NCBI GenBank assembly: GCA_965224245.1
Contig: OZ245046.1
Location: 1,824,001 to 1,888,000, forward strand
Length of the DNA stretch: 64,000 bases
Source of the DNA: Candidatus Eiseniibacteriota bacterium
Lineage (GTDB): Bacteria; Eisenbacteria; RBG-16-71-46; CAZAMP01
Direction: 5' to 3'
The notes under the pieces are model-generated. The model ran no database searches, was not told the DNA's origin, and saw only the letters and a list, made by a program, of their open reading frames with translations. Below, one piece after another: positions 39,465 to 52,173 of the stretch (the first letter of the stretch is position 1; every line of letters starts with the position of its first letter). Position numbers and translations under genes: made by a program.

Positions 39465-40496
39465 TCAGCGTCCGGACTCCGTTTCTCTCTCGCTCAGCCG
39501 TCGCTCGAGCGCATCGATGCGCTGGAGCAGCTCCGGGATGCGGCGCGTGGCCGCGATCAGTCGCATCTGCTCCCCGTGGGGCCTGGCCGGATAGCCGCTG
39601 GCCCGCTGCCCCGCCGGAATGTCGCCGATGACGCCGGCCTGGGCCGCGATCTGCGCGCCCTCACCGATCTCGAGATGACCGCTGATCCCGGCCTGACCGG
39701 CGAGGATCGCGTTGCGTCCGACGATCGAGCTCCCGGCGATGCCGACCTGCGCGCACAGGATCGCGTGCTCACCGATCGTCACGTTGTGCGCGACCTGGAC
39801 CAGGTTGTCGATCCGGGCCCCGGTGCGGATGCGCGTCTCACCCATGGTCGCCCGGTCCACGCACGCGTTGGAGCCGATCTCCACGTCGTCCTCGATCACG
39901 ACGCGTCCGATCTGCGGCACCTTGCGGTTCTCGGCGCCGTCCTTGGTCAGGCCGAAGCCGTCGTCGCCGATCACCGCGCCGGCGTGAATGAGACAGCGGG
40001 CCCCGATGGACGTGCGCTCGCGGATGGTGACGTTGGGGAACACCCGCGTGTCGTCGCCGATCGTGACCTCGTGTCCGATGTAGCTTCCGGCCTGAACTGC
40101 CACGCCGTCGCCGATCGTGCACCCGGGCTCGATCACGACGTGCGGTCCCAGGCTCACGTTCCGACCCAGCGTCACGTCGGGCGCGATGATCGCCGTCGCG
40201 TGGATGCCGGGCGCCGGGGCGTACGGCTCCCCGAACAGGATCGTCATCGCCTTCTGGAACGCCAGGTACGGATTGTCGTTGCGGATGACGGCGGATGCGA
40301 CGTCGGCATCGCAGCCCGGGTCGAGAATCACCGCCGACGCCTTGGTTTCCGGCAAGAATCCCTGGTACCGTGCGTGCCCGAGGAACGTGATGTCACCCTC
40401 GCGCGCCTCGCGGATTCCCGCGACGCCCGAGATCTCGATGGCACCGTCACCCTCGAGCTCGCCGCCGACTCGCTCAGCCAGTTCGATCAATCGCAT
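39465..40496 (-). CDS. lpxD: UDP-3-O-acylglucosamine N-acyltransferase
   Basis: NPYLAF, hexapeptide repeats, IGDDGFG, VPQIGRV, IDNLVQVAHNV. Confidence 0.96.
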   Translation of the reverse strand: MRLIELAERVGGELEGDGAIEISGVAGIREAREGDITFLGHARYQGFLPETKASAVILDPGCDADVASAVIRNDNPYLAFQKAMTILFGEPYAPAPGIHATAIIAPDVTLGRNVSLGPHVVIEPGCTIGDGVAVQAGSYIGHEVTIGDDTRVFPNVTIRERTSIGARCLIHAGAVIGDDGFGLTKDGAENRKVPQIGRVVIEDDVEIGSNACVDRATMGETRIRTGARIDNLVQVAHNVTIGEHAILCAQVGIAGSSIVGRNAILAGQAGISGHLEIGEGAQIAAQAGVIGDIPAGQRASGYPARPHGEQMRLIAATRRIPELLQRIDALERRLSERETESGR

Positions 40497-40589
40497 CGCG
40501 CCAAGTCTCCCGACACACGCTCCCACCCCCAGGAGCGACGTGCGGTGGGGCAGGCCGACTGCGTTAACGAGCGTCCTCACGGACGCGGT

Positions 40590-41204
40590 TCAATCGTCCG
40601 ATTCCGTGTCCTCACCCGTGTCGGCCGGCTCCCCGGGAAGATCGGGATCGATCGTCTGTCCGCGAAGCTGGTCGAGTACGGTCTCGGTCAAGTCGAGCCG
40701 GTTCGAGCTGAAGACGATGTTGCCGTCCACCGCGTCGAACACCAGGTCGAACGCCTGCTCCTGCGCGATCTCGTCGATCGCGTTCTGCACGGTGGCGAGA
40801 ACGGGCTCGAGAAGCTCCTGGTTGCGCTTCTCGGCCTTGCCACCCTGCCCGAAGATCGAGTCCTTGAACTGCTCGTACTCGCGTGCCTTGCGCTGGAGCT
40901 CGCTCTCGCGCTCGAGACGCCGGTCGTCGGAGAGCATCGGCTGCTGGGCACGGTACTGCGCCTCGAGGTCGACGAGCTCCTGCTCGCGCGTCTGGATGTC
41001 GCGGAGCCAGACGTCCAGCTCGCGCTGGTAGGCCTGCTTGGCCTGGATGAAGCCCTCGTACTCGGCGAAGAGTCGCTCGGAGTTCACGTAGCCGATCTTG
41101 GCGTCCTGAGCGCGGCCGACCGACGCTCCTCCGACGACGAGCACCAGCGCGAGCGCGATGGACCAGAGACGGGCAACCGGCAGGGACAGATCAGATTTCG
41201 TCAT
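40590..41204 (-). CDS. skp: OmpH/Skp periplasmic chaperone
   Basis: Signal peptide, KIGYVN, long coiled coil, FDLVFD..., DLTETVL; upstream of lpxD. Confidence 0.9.
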   Translation of the reverse strand: MTKSDLSLPVARLWSIALALVLVVGGASVGRAQDAKIGYVNSERLFAEYEGFIQAKQAYQRELDVWLRDIQTREQELVDLEAQYRAQQPMLSDDRRLERESELQRKAREYEQFKDSIFGQGGKAEKRNQELLEPVLATVQNAIDEIAQEQAFDLVFDAVDGNIVFSSNRLDLTETVLDQLRGQTIDPDLPGEPADTGEDTESDD

Positions 41205-41270
41205 CGCTAAACCTCGCGGCCCGGCGCGTCGTCGAGAACGACCGGAGATGGTCCGGAACAAATCCGGCGG

Positions 41271-41300
41271 AGCCTATCAGAAACCCCCCGGGGGGTCCAA
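41271..41300 (-). promoter_or_regulatory. Sigma-70 promoter candidate for the skp-lpx operon
   Basis: TTGGAC-N18-TAGGCT with extended -10 TG. Confidence 0.45.
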
Positions 41301-41687
41301 ACCGTTCTGGGGTTCGGAGTTGGAGCTCAGACCGCCGGGGAACATCGTGGAATGTGTTGCGGCACAGAGCGTTGCCGCAGCCCCCGGTGGAACGTCCTCC
41401 GCCCCTGCACGGTTCCATGGGCGCCACGACGCAGCGCCCGGCCCCCGTCGAGTGGGACGTCCGCGGGGCCCGTGGCGCCTCCGGCGATCGCCTCCGCCTG
41501 TCATCGCTCGGGTCGGAGCTCACACGGCCGCGCGGTACGGCGAGGGCCGTGGGACGGCGCAACGCGGCGAGATCGCGCACGGCCGGACGCGCCCGCGCCG
41601 GGACGGAGCCTCGGGCCGAACACCGATCGGGACGTGTGCTAACGTTGATGTTCGGTGTGGACGACGGCACTCTCGCGGTGAAGCACA

Positions 41688-42257
41688 ATGCGCGACGACG
41701 ACGACACGACGGCGGATCGGCCCGAGCGATCGCTCCCCAAGTCCGGCGGCGAGCTCCTCCCGCTCGTCTACGGCGAGCTCCGGCGGCTCGCGCGCTCACG
41801 CATGTCCAAGGTCCCCCCCGGCAACACGCTACAGCCCACCGAGCTCGTCCACGAGGCATACGCCCGCCTCGTGCGGTCCGGCCCCAACCGCTGGGCCAAT
41901 CGGGGGCACTTCTTCGTGGCCGCCGCCGAGGCCATGCGCCGCATCCTCGTCGAGCAGGCGCGCCGCAAGGCCACGGCCAAGCACGGCGGGCACCTCGAGC
42001 GACTGTCCGCGCACGACGTGGACATCGTCTTCACCGAGCCGGTCGAGGACGTGATCGCGCTGAGCGAGGCGATCGAGCGGCTGCGCAACGACGACGAACG
42101 CAAGGCGAACGTCGTCCTCCTGCGCAGCTTCGCCGGTCTCTCGCGCGAGGAGGTCGCGGCCGCGCTCGGCGTGAGCGTGCCCACCATCGACCGCGACTGG
42201 CGCTACATCGTGGCCCGGCTGCACCACGAGCTCACCGGCTACGTGGGGGACTCGTGA
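41688..42257 (+). CDS. ECF sigma factor, kinase-associated (TIGR02999-type)
   Basis: LLPLVYGELRRLA, TLQPTELVHEAY, HFFVAAAEAMRRILV..AR, VSVPTIDRDW. Confidence 0.92.
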   Translation: MRDDDDTTADRPERSLPKSGGELLPLVYGELRRLARSRMSKVPPGNTLQPTELVHEAYARLVRSGPNRWANRGHFFVAAAEAMRRILVEQARRKATAKHGGHLERLSAHDVDIVFTEPVEDVIALSEAIERLRNDDERKANVVLLRSFAGLSREEVAAALGVSVPTIDRDWRYIVARLHHELTGYVGDS

Positions 42258-45200
42258 GCGACGGTCCCTCCGCCCGCGCCGAGGAGCTCTTCCATGCCGC
42301 GCTCGAGCTGCCCCCACTGGACCGAGAACGTCTCCTTCAGGACGCGTGCGTCGGCGACGTCGCTCTCCGGCGGGACGTGGACGTGTTGCTCGCGAACTAC
42401 GAGCGCGCGAGCGCCGGCTTCCTGGACCAGCCGGTCTTTCGCATGCCCGAGGACGGCCTCGACACGCCGGTGACGATCGGCTCGTACCGGGTTCTCCGAC
42501 CCATCGGCGAGGGTGGAATGGGGCTCGTCTACGAGGCCGAGCAGGACGGGCCCCGGCGTGCGGTCGCGGTCAAGGTCCTGAGGCCGGGGCTCTACGCCCG
42601 GCATCAGCTCCGGCGGTTCGAGCTGGAGTGCGAGGTGCTCGGCCAGCTCACTCACCCCGGCATCGCCCGGGTGTACGACGCAGGGACCGCCACCGTCACC
42701 TACGCCGGCGGGCATCGCGCCGAGCTCCCCTACCTGGCCATGGAGCTGATCCGCGGCCGGAGCCTCCTCGACCACGCCGAGTCCGCCTCCCTCCCGGTCG
42801 AGAGCCGGCTTCGGCTCTTCGCCCGGGTCTGCGACGCGGTTCACTACGCCCACCAGCAGGCCATCATCCACCGGGATCTGAAGCCCACGAACATCCTCGT
42901 CGACGACCGCGGTCAGCCGAAGATCCTCGACTTCGGCGTCGCCCGCGTCGTGGACGAGCACGCGACGCGCACCCGACACACCCGGACCGGCGACGTCGTG
43001 GGGACGCTACGGTACATGAGTCCCGAGCAGCTCCTCGGGACGTCGCCCGACGTGGACCTGCGCTCGGACGTGTACACCCTCGGCGTGATCCTGTACGAGC
43101 TCTTGACGTCGAGATCGCCCTACGAGGCGGAGACCGCCACCACGACGATCGCGGAGATGCTCCGTCGCGTGGACGCCGGCGACGTGCCGCGTCCCAGCGC
43201 GTGTGACCGGTCGCTACGCGGGGACCCCGACGCCATCGTCCTCACCGCGATGGCCGTCGACCCGGCCGAGCGATACCCCACGGCGGCCGCGCTGGCCGAA
43301 GACGTCCGGCGGTTTCTGGACGGTGCGCCGATCGCGGCCCGAGGGGATCGCGGCTGGTATGCGTTGCGCCGCCTGGTGCGTCGCCACCGCCGAACGGTGG
43401 CGGTCTCGGTCGCCTTCGTGACGCTCGTGCTCGCGTCGACGGTCCTGGCCTGGTCGCTGTACACACAGTCGCTCCGGGCGCAACGTGTGGCCGATCGCGA
43501 GCGGCAGGAGGCCACCGAGCGGCTCTGGGAATCCTACCTGTCGGGCGCCGAGACCGAGCGAGCCACCCAGCGGGCCGGACGTCGCGGTCGAAGCCTGGAC
43601 CTCCTCGGCTCGGCGGCGGCCATCCGTCCCGGCCCCGAGGTTCGGGACGGCGTCATCGCCTCGATGGCGATCTCGGACGTCGAGCTGCTGTCGACGATGC
43701 CTCGGGACGGGATCGTGAGCGCCCGCGGGCTCGCCGGCGTCGATCGACTGGCCACCGCGTCGTCCGACGGCCGGATCCGGGTGCTCGACCTGCCGGACCT
43801 GAACGAGCGCGTCAGCGTTCAGGGTCCCCCGCACACCGCATACGTCGTCGCGTTCAGCCACGATGGTCGGTATCTCGCGGCGAAGCACCACCCCGCGGCG
43901 TTCGAGCAGTCCGAGGTCCGCGTCTGGGTGTGGGACCTGGATGGGCCGGCACCGATCCTCCGGCTCGACGAGGGCGAGGTCGTGCGCAACGCGATCACGA
44001 TGGGGCGGACCGAGGGCATCGGCCCCTGGGCCGCTTTCGGCGAGATCGATGGCGCGGTTCACCTGTATCGCCTCGATCCTCCCGGTCCCTGGCTGTCGTT
44101 CTCGCCGACCTTCGCTCCCGCGTTCCTGGAGTTCGATCCGGTGCTCGGCCGGCTCGCCGCGGCGAGCGGGGCCGGAGAGGTCGAGATCTGGGACGTCGCC
44201 CGACGGGAGCGGATCCTCGCGCACCAGCTCGCCACGCGACTCTCGGCGCTCGGGTGGTCCCGCGAATCGCGCCTCGTCGTCGGGACGCCGTCCGGTGAGG
44301 TCTACGAGTGGGATCCGGAGTCACGGGCCGTGCAGAGGCAGTTCGTCGGTCACCAGGGATGGATCGGGAACCTGTTTCTGTCTCCGGACAACGAGCTCCT
44401 GGTCACCGAGTCGTGGGATGCGACCACGCGGCTGTGGGACTTTCGAACCGCCGGCGAGATCGTGGCTCCGTTGCATGCGGAGGACGTGGAGGGCGTCGGT
44501 CGCTACGTCACGACGACCAGTGCCGACGAGGTCAAGGTCTACCGCTACGAGCCCAGCCTCGCCTGTCGGCGCCTGTACGCCGGTGCCCCGTTTCTCATGC
44601 GCCCGACGATGGTCGAGGCCGCACGAGACGGTCGCCACGTGGTGACCGCGACGTCGAACGGAGGGCTCCAGATCTGGGACCTCGAGGCCGGGCGGCTGAT
44701 CGAGACCGTGTCACCGGACCCGCATCGCTTCGGCGCGTTCGCCGGCCCCGGCGACGACCGCCTGGTGGCGTTCGATGGTGGAGCCCTCTCCGTGTGGCGG
44801 GTCGCCTGGTCGGGTGGCGCGCCGCATCCGAGCGACCACCGTGTCCTCTGGACGCGAGCCGGCGCTCACGACGGTAACGTGGCGCTCGACGCGTCGGAAG
44901 CACGCGTGATCGTGACCAGTCCGGAGGAGATCGCGGTCATCGATCTCGCGACCGGCGACCGGATCCGGACGCTGCCCGGGTACCCCGGCGTGTCGGCGCC
45001 GGCGCTGGCCACCGGTGGCCGGCTCGCGTTCACCGGCGTGTGGCGGCGGAACGACGCGCGACTGATCGATCTCGACTCGGGCGACACGATCGCGTCGTTC
45101 GCGGGCCACAGCGTCGCGGGCACGTTCACGCCCGACGGTAACACCCTGGTGGTCTGCGCCGAGGAGTCGCTGTCACGCTACGACGCGCCCGACTGGCACC

Positions 45201-45496
45201 GGACGTTCCGGGTCGAGGACAACGGTCGGGACCTCGCCGCCGCCCGTCCGGTCATCGCACCGGATGGACGTACGCTCGCGCTGCCCGGCACGCACGACGT
45301 GCGTCTCTACGATCTCGCGACCGGAGCACGTCTGGCAACGCTCGAACCGGGGGATCGGTCCTTCGTCAGTGCCGCCTGCTTCGGTAGCTCCCAGGCCACG
45401 GTCGTGAACCTGACGCAGCAGGGCGTCATCATGACCTGGGACGTGGCCAGGATCCGGGCGCGTCTGTCGGAGCTGGGGCTCGACTGGTCGCTCTGA
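42254..45496 (+). CDS. Hanks-type Ser/Thr kinase with TM segment and WD40 propellers
   Basis: IGEGGMGLVY, VAVK, HRDLKPTN, DFGVA, GTLRYMSPEQ, DVYTLG; TM helix; GH...WD repeats; GTGA overlap with ECF. Confidence 0.93.
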   Translation: MSDGPSARAEELFHAALELPPLDRERLLQDACVGDVALRRDVDVLLANYERASAGFLDQPVFRMPEDGLDTPVTIGSYRVLRPIGEGGMGLVYEAEQDGPRRAVAVKVLRPGLYARHQLRRFELECEVLGQLTHPGIARVYDAGTATVTYAGGHRAELPYLAMELIRGRSLLDHAESASLPVESRLRLFARVCDAVHYAHQQAIIHRDLKPTNILVDDRGQPKILDFGVARVVDEHATRTRHTRTGDVVGTLRYMSPEQLLGTSPDVDLRSDVYTLGVILYELLTSRSPYEAETATTTIAEMLRRVDAGDVPRPSACDRSLRGDPDAIVLTAMAVDPAERYPTAAALAEDVRRFLDGAPIAARGDRGWYALRRLVRRHRRTVAVSVAFVTLVLASTVLAWSLYTQSLRAQRVADRERQEATERLWESYLSGAETERATQRAGRRGRSLDLLGSAAAIRPGPEVRDGVIASMAISDVELLSTMPRDGIVSARGLAGVDRLATASSDGRIRVLDLPDLNERVSVQGPPHTAYVVAFSHDGRYLAAKHHPAAFEQSEVRVWVWDLDGPAPILRLDEGEVVRNAITMGRTEGIGPWAAFGEIDGAVHLYRLDPPGPWLSFSPTFAPAFLEFDPVLGRLAAASGAGEVEIWDVARRERILAHQLATRLSALGWSRESRLVVGTPSGEVYEWDPESRAVQRQFVGHQGWIGNLFLSPDNELLVTESWDATTRLWDFRTAGEIVAPLHAEDVEGVGRYVTTTSADEVKVYRYEPSLACRRLYAGAPFLMRPTMVEAARDGRHVVTATSNGGLQIWDLEAGRLIETVSPDPHRFGAFAGPGDDRLVAFDGGALSVWRVAWSGGAPHPSDHRVLWTRAGAHDGNVALDASEARVIVTSPEEIAVIDLATGDRIRTLPGYPGVSAPALATGGRLAFTGVWRRNDARLIDLDSGDTIASFAGHSVAGTFTPDGNTLVVCAEESLSRYDAPDWHRTFRVEDNGRDLAAARPVIAPDGRTLALPGTHDVRLYDLATGARLATLEPGDRSFVSAACFGSSQATVVNLTQQGVIMTWDVARIRARLSELGLDWSL

Positions 45497-45559
45497 GGTC
45501 CGACCGAACGACGCGCGAGTCGGGCGCGGATTCCCGTCGCATGCGGGATCGAGTCGCGG

Positions 45560-47911
45560 CTAGAACTGGCGGCCGATGATCAGGTGAGGCTTCCACTTCG
45601 CCCCGCCTTCGCGGTCGAACCCGTAGGCGTAGTCGAGTCCGAGCAGCCCGAGCATCGGCACCTCCATCCGGAAGCCGATACCCGCGCCGCGCTTGAGGCT
45701 GTTGAGGCTGAAGTCGTCGATCTCGTTCCAGGTGTCGCCCATGTCCAGGAACAACAGCCCGTGGAGCGGATGCGCGATCGGGAACTGGTACTCGGTCGTG
45801 AACGTGGTCATGTACCGTCCGCCGGGGAAGCGGCTGGAGCCGACGATGTTGTCCTCGGGCACCACGTCGTAGTCGTCGTAACCGCGGAGGTAGTTCTGCA
45901 GCGTGCCGCCCAGACGGAACGTCTCGTATCCGGGGACCATTCCGCCGGTCACGTAGGGCAGGAGCGCCCCGATCCGGGCCCGCAGCATCAGGACCGGCTT
46001 CCAGAACGGCCGCACGTACGTCCGGTGGTCGATCGTGTGCTTGTGGAAATCGACCGTGCCCCCGAGGATGCCGCCGGCCAGCTCGACCGTGTAGGACGAT
46101 CGCGATCCGGACGTGGGGTAGAACGGGTTGTCGGTCGTCGAGCGACGCAGACCCCAGGTCGTGGACACGATCGTGCCCTCGCCGTCCCGCAACCGCCGCT
46201 GGGTGTCCTCGCTCAGCGACGGTGAGATGTACGGGATCTCGATGTCCTGGACCTGGAAGCTCGCGGACGCGCGCGTGTAGTCGATGCCCGGCATCGGCCA
46301 GCCGATCGTGATCCCGGCGCCGCGGCGGCGATCGTCGTAGACGTCGCGCTCGATCTCGGTGTCGAACAGATCCACGCCCAGCGAGATCGGGCGGTCCAGG
46401 AGCCACGGTTCGGTGAACGACAGCTCGTACTGGCTGCGGCGAGAGCCCCGTTCGAGATGCATGTTCATGGCCCAGCCGTTCCCGAACAGGTTGTTGTGCC
46501 CGATCTGGAGGAAGCCGGTCAGACCGGTCGCGCTCGAGAAGCCCATGCCGGCCCCGGCCGTTCCCAGGCGGCGCTCGATGACCTCGATCTCGAGGTCGAT
46601 GTCGTTCGTCTCGGGATCGGTCTTGCCGAAGTCCACCTGGACGTCGTCGAAGTAGCCGAGCGCGAACACCTCCCGCTGCGAACGCATCAGTCGCGAGCGA
46701 CGGAAGATCTCCCCAGGGTAGATCTCGAGCTCGCGCCGGATCACGTGCTCCTTGGTGCGCGTGTTGCCCAGGATGCGGATCTCGCCGATCCGGCTGGGCT
46801 CGCCCTCGCTGATCGCGTAGTGCGCCTGCACCTGATTGTTGGGGAGGACGGTCTCCTGCCGGTCCACGCTGAACCCGAGCAAGTACCCGCGCTCGGTGAA
46901 CGCCTCGCCGATCGCGCCGGAGAACCGGGCGAGCTTGCTGGCGCTGTACGGGTCGCCGGGCGACCAGGGCACGAGCTGCGCGATGAGCTCGTCGCCGACG
47001 CTCTCGTTGCCGTGCCAGGTCGGAGCGGCCATCTCGTAGCGGGGCCCCTCGGCCACCTCGATCTCGACGAACATGTCGCGCGGCGAGCCCGGGTACTTGA
47101 CGTCGTAGCCCAGGACCTTCGCGTCGCGGTAGCCGTTGTCGTGGTAGAACGTCTCGATGCGGTCCAGGTCGGCCAGGAGCTTCTCCTGCTCGAACTTCCC
47201 GGAGCGAAGGAACCCCTTGGTCTTCGACTCCATCGCCCCCCGGAGATCGTCGTCCTCGAGCCCGTCGTTTCCGACGAACGCGATCCGCCGGATGCGCAGG
47301 CGCTCCCCCTCGGTCACGTCGAACGTCAGCTTCACCCGACCCGTCGCCTCGACGATCTCGCGCTCCACGCTCACGGTGGCCAGCGGGAAGCCCTCCTCTC
47401 GATAGGCCGCGAGGATCTCCTGTCGCGCGGCCTCGACGGCGGCCGGATCGAGGAGCTCGCCGGCGGTGAGGACCAGACGATCCTCGAGCTCGTCGTCGTC
47501 GACCGCGTCGTTGCCGTCGAAGTGGAGCGAGTCGATCCGCTGCCGCTCGACGACGCGAATGAGCAGGTTGACGCCCAGCTCGCCGTTGGCCTCGGCCAGG
47601 AGCTTGACGTCCGAGAACAGCCCGAGTCCGTACAGGGCCTTCAGCCCCTCGCGGGCCAGCGCGGGGTTCAGGCGATCCCCCACGGCCAGCGGGAACCGGG
47701 ATCGGATCAGGCTCGACTCGGTGGACGAGTTGCCGTCGATGTCGATGGCCATGATCGTGGGCTGGGCCGCGGCCGGCCGCGCGATCCCGAGCACGAGCGC
47801 GAGCGCGAGCAGAGCGACGGACACACGCGGACGTCGCCGGATCGCCGGGCCATCGAGGCACCGTCCCGCCTGCCGGAGGGCGGCCGGGAGGACGGATCTG
47901 AGTGCGAACAT
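45560..47911 (-). CDS. bamA: Outer membrane protein assembly factor BamA (start approximate)
   Basis: POTRA repeats (GNTRTKEHVIRRE), NLFGNG, LRGY motif, terminal Phe. Confidence 0.94.
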   Translation of the reverse strand: MFALRSVLPAALRQAGRCLDGPAIRRRPRVSVALLALALVLGIARPAAAQPTIMAIDIDGNSSTESSLIRSRFPLAVGDRLNPALAREGLKALYGLGLFSDVKLLAEANGELGVNLLIRVVERQRIDSLHFDGNDAVDDDELEDRLVLTAGELLDPAAVEAARQEILAAYREEGFPLATVSVEREIVEATGRVKLTFDVTEGERLRIRRIAFVGNDGLEDDDLRGAMESKTKGFLRSGKFEQEKLLADLDRIETFYHDNGYRDAKVLGYDVKYPGSPRDMFVEIEVAEGPRYEMAAPTWHGNESVGDELIAQLVPWSPGDPYSASKLARFSGAIGEAFTERGYLLGFSVDRQETVLPNNQVQAHYAISEGEPSRIGEIRILGNTRTKEHVIRRELEIYPGEIFRRSRLMRSQREVFALGYFDDVQVDFGKTDPETNDIDLEIEVIERRLGTAGAGMGFSSATGLTGFLQIGHNNLFGNGWAMNMHLERGSRRSQYELSFTEPWLLDRPISLGVDLFDTEIERDVYDDRRRGAGITIGWPMPGIDYTRASASFQVQDIEIPYISPSLSEDTQRRLRDGEGTIVSTTWGLRRSTTDNPFYPTSGSRSSYTVELAGGILGGTVDFHKHTIDHRTYVRPFWKPVLMLRARIGALLPYVTGGMVPGYETFRLGGTLQNYLRGYDDYDVVPEDNIVGSSRFPGGRYMTTFTTEYQFPIAHPLHGLLFLDMGDTWNEIDDFSLNSLKRGAGIGFRMEVPMLGLLGLDYAYGFDREGGAKWKPHLIIGRQF

Positions 47912-47981
47912 CGAGCTGGGGGACCTCCGAGCCGTCGAGCCGGCCGGGTGTGACATCCCGGCGAGGCTCGACGACCGATCG

Positions 47982-50447
<2,466 letters not shown>

Positions 50448-50505
50448 GGCTCTGATTCCTCCTCGCCCCGCGAGCGGTGCGGTCGCCCGTCGGCACGTAT
50501 AACAA

Positions 50506-51600
50506 CTAGCTCAGCGAGTATTCTCCGTCCAAAGTCGACTCGCCCGACAGCAGGCGGTGGGCCAGCTGAGCCCGAACCGCGCGTCGGCTGCCGGCCGTCA
50601 ACGGGTGACCCGCCAGACGCGCCAGATGCGCGGGCTGCGACAGTATCACCAGCTGATTGAGAACCGAAAGCGTCGGCAGGCTCTCGAACCCGAGCGAGTG
50701 CCCCAGCCGGAGCGCGGAGGCGGACGCCACGACCTCCGCGGCGGAGGTCATGCGACAGCTCTCGAGCGTTCCCAGCGCGCGGTACACCTTGTCGGTGACC
50801 TCGCCCAGGGCGTCGGTGCGCAGCCAGTCACGCGCGTCGGTCTCGTAGCGGAGCACCTCGCGCGTGACCTGCTCGATCATGTCCACGAGGTCCTCTTCCG
50901 ACTTGCCCAGCGTGATCTGGTTGGAGATCTGGAAGAAGTGGCCGACCACGCTCGAGCCCTCGCCGTAGAAGCCGCGGACGGTCAGGCCGATCTGCGAGAC
51001 GCTGTCGATGACCTTGTCGATCTCGCGTGTCAGCACCAGCGACGGAAGGTGGAGAAGCACCGAGACTCGCAGGCCCGTCCCCACGTTGGTCGGACACGTG
51101 GTCACGTAGCCGACGTCGGGGCGGTAGGCGAAGTCGAGGCGGTTCGCGAGCACCGTATCCAGCGTGGCCACGCTCTCCCAGCAGTCGTGCAGGCCGAAGC
51201 CGCTCCGGATTCCCTGCAGACGGAGATGATCCTCCTCGTTGACCATCACCGACAGGCGGTCGTTCGCGCCCGGAATGAACGCGCGGCCCGGTGCGGGCGT
51301 CTTGAACTCGGCGCTGATGAGATGTCGCTCGAGCAGGAGATCCCGATCGATCGGATCCAGATCCGAGATGATCAGCGTCTCGTCGGCCCTCAGGACCGGC
51401 GAGCGACCGGCCGCGGTGAGGACGTCCTCCAGCACCGCGTCGAGCTCCTTCTCGTCGGCACGCCAGGGAAAGCGCGTGCCCTCGATGTTGCGCGCCAGTC
51501 GGACGCGCGTGCTGAGGACGACGTCGGATTCGGGACCTGCCGGATCGAACCAGGCCCCCTCGCCGCGCGCGAGCTTCGTCAGCCGCGCCTCGGCGCTCAT
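50506..51600 (-). CDS. mcsB: Protein arginine kinase
   Basis: LSTRVRLARN, ERHLIS, NEEDHLRLQ, TCPTNVGTGLR, VRGFYGEGS, QISNQITLG. Confidence 0.95.
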   Translation of the reverse strand: MSAEARLTKLARGEGAWFDPAGPESDVVLSTRVRLARNIEGTRFPWRADEKELDAVLEDVLTAAGRSPVLRADETLIISDLDPIDRDLLLERHLISAEFKTPAPGRAFIPGANDRLSVMVNEEDHLRLQGIRSGFGLHDCWESVATLDTVLANRLDFAYRPDVGYVTTCPTNVGTGLRVSVLLHLPSLVLTREIDKVIDSVSQIGLTVRGFYGEGSSVVGHFFQISNQITLGKSEEDLVDMIEQVTREVLRYETDARDWLRTDALGEVTDKVYRALGTLESCRMTSAAEVVASASALRLGHSLGFESLPTLSVLNQLVILSQPAHLARLAGHPLTAGSRRAVRAQLAHRLLSGESTLDGEYSLS

Positions 51601-52136
51601 GACGCATCCTCGCTCTCTGGCTGCGCCCGCACGGCGGTCTGCAGCTCCTGGATCCGGTCGCGCAGCGAGGCCGCCGACTCGTACTCCTCGCGGCGCAGCG
51701 CGCGCGCGAGCTCCGAACGCAGGCGCCGGAGCTCGCGTCGCTCCTCGCGCAGCTCCTCGTTCTCGCCGGGCTTGCGCCCGACGTGCTTGGTGCTGCCGTG
51801 GGTCTTGCGAAACACGATCCGGAGCTGACCCATGAACGCCTCGTAGCAGTCGGGACAGCCCAGGCGTCCGGTCTTCGTAAACTCGGAGAACAGAAGTCCG
51901 CACGACGCACAGCGCACGCCGTGCGTCTCGGTGTCGCCGGTCAGGTCCTTGGCCATGCTCACGAGCTTCTCGGCCATGTCCTGGATCGGACCGTCGCCCA
52001 CCGACGTGGACGAGTAGCCGTGATCCTCCGCGCACCGACGGCACACGTCGAGGTGCTCGACGACGTCGTTGTCGATCTGTTGCATGTGGATGACGGCGGG
52101 CGACTCTCCACAGATGTCACACATCTTCTTGCTCAT
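51597..52136 (-). CDS. mcsA: McsA (CxxC / UVR domain activator of McsB)
   Basis: CDIC, CRRC, CASC, GRLGCPDCY, HGSTKHVGRKP, EEYESAASLRDRI. Confidence 0.93.
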   Translation of the reverse strand: MSKKMCDICGESPAVIHMQQIDNDVVEHLDVCRRCAEDHGYSSTSVGDGPIQDMAEKLVSMAKDLTGDTETHGVRCASCGLLFSEFTKTGRLGCPDCYEAFMGQLRIVFRKTHGSTKHVGRKPGENEELREERRELRRLRSELARALRREEYESAASLRDRIQELQTAVRAQPESEDAS

Positions 52137-52173
52137 CACGTCACGCCCCGCGGGACTCTCCACCCCTCACCCG

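Noticed and set aside
41354..42253. 300-aa N-terminal extension of the kinase ORF
   Set aside because: It overlaps the ECF gene in another frame and is Arg/Ala-rich noise; the real start is the coupled GTG at 42254
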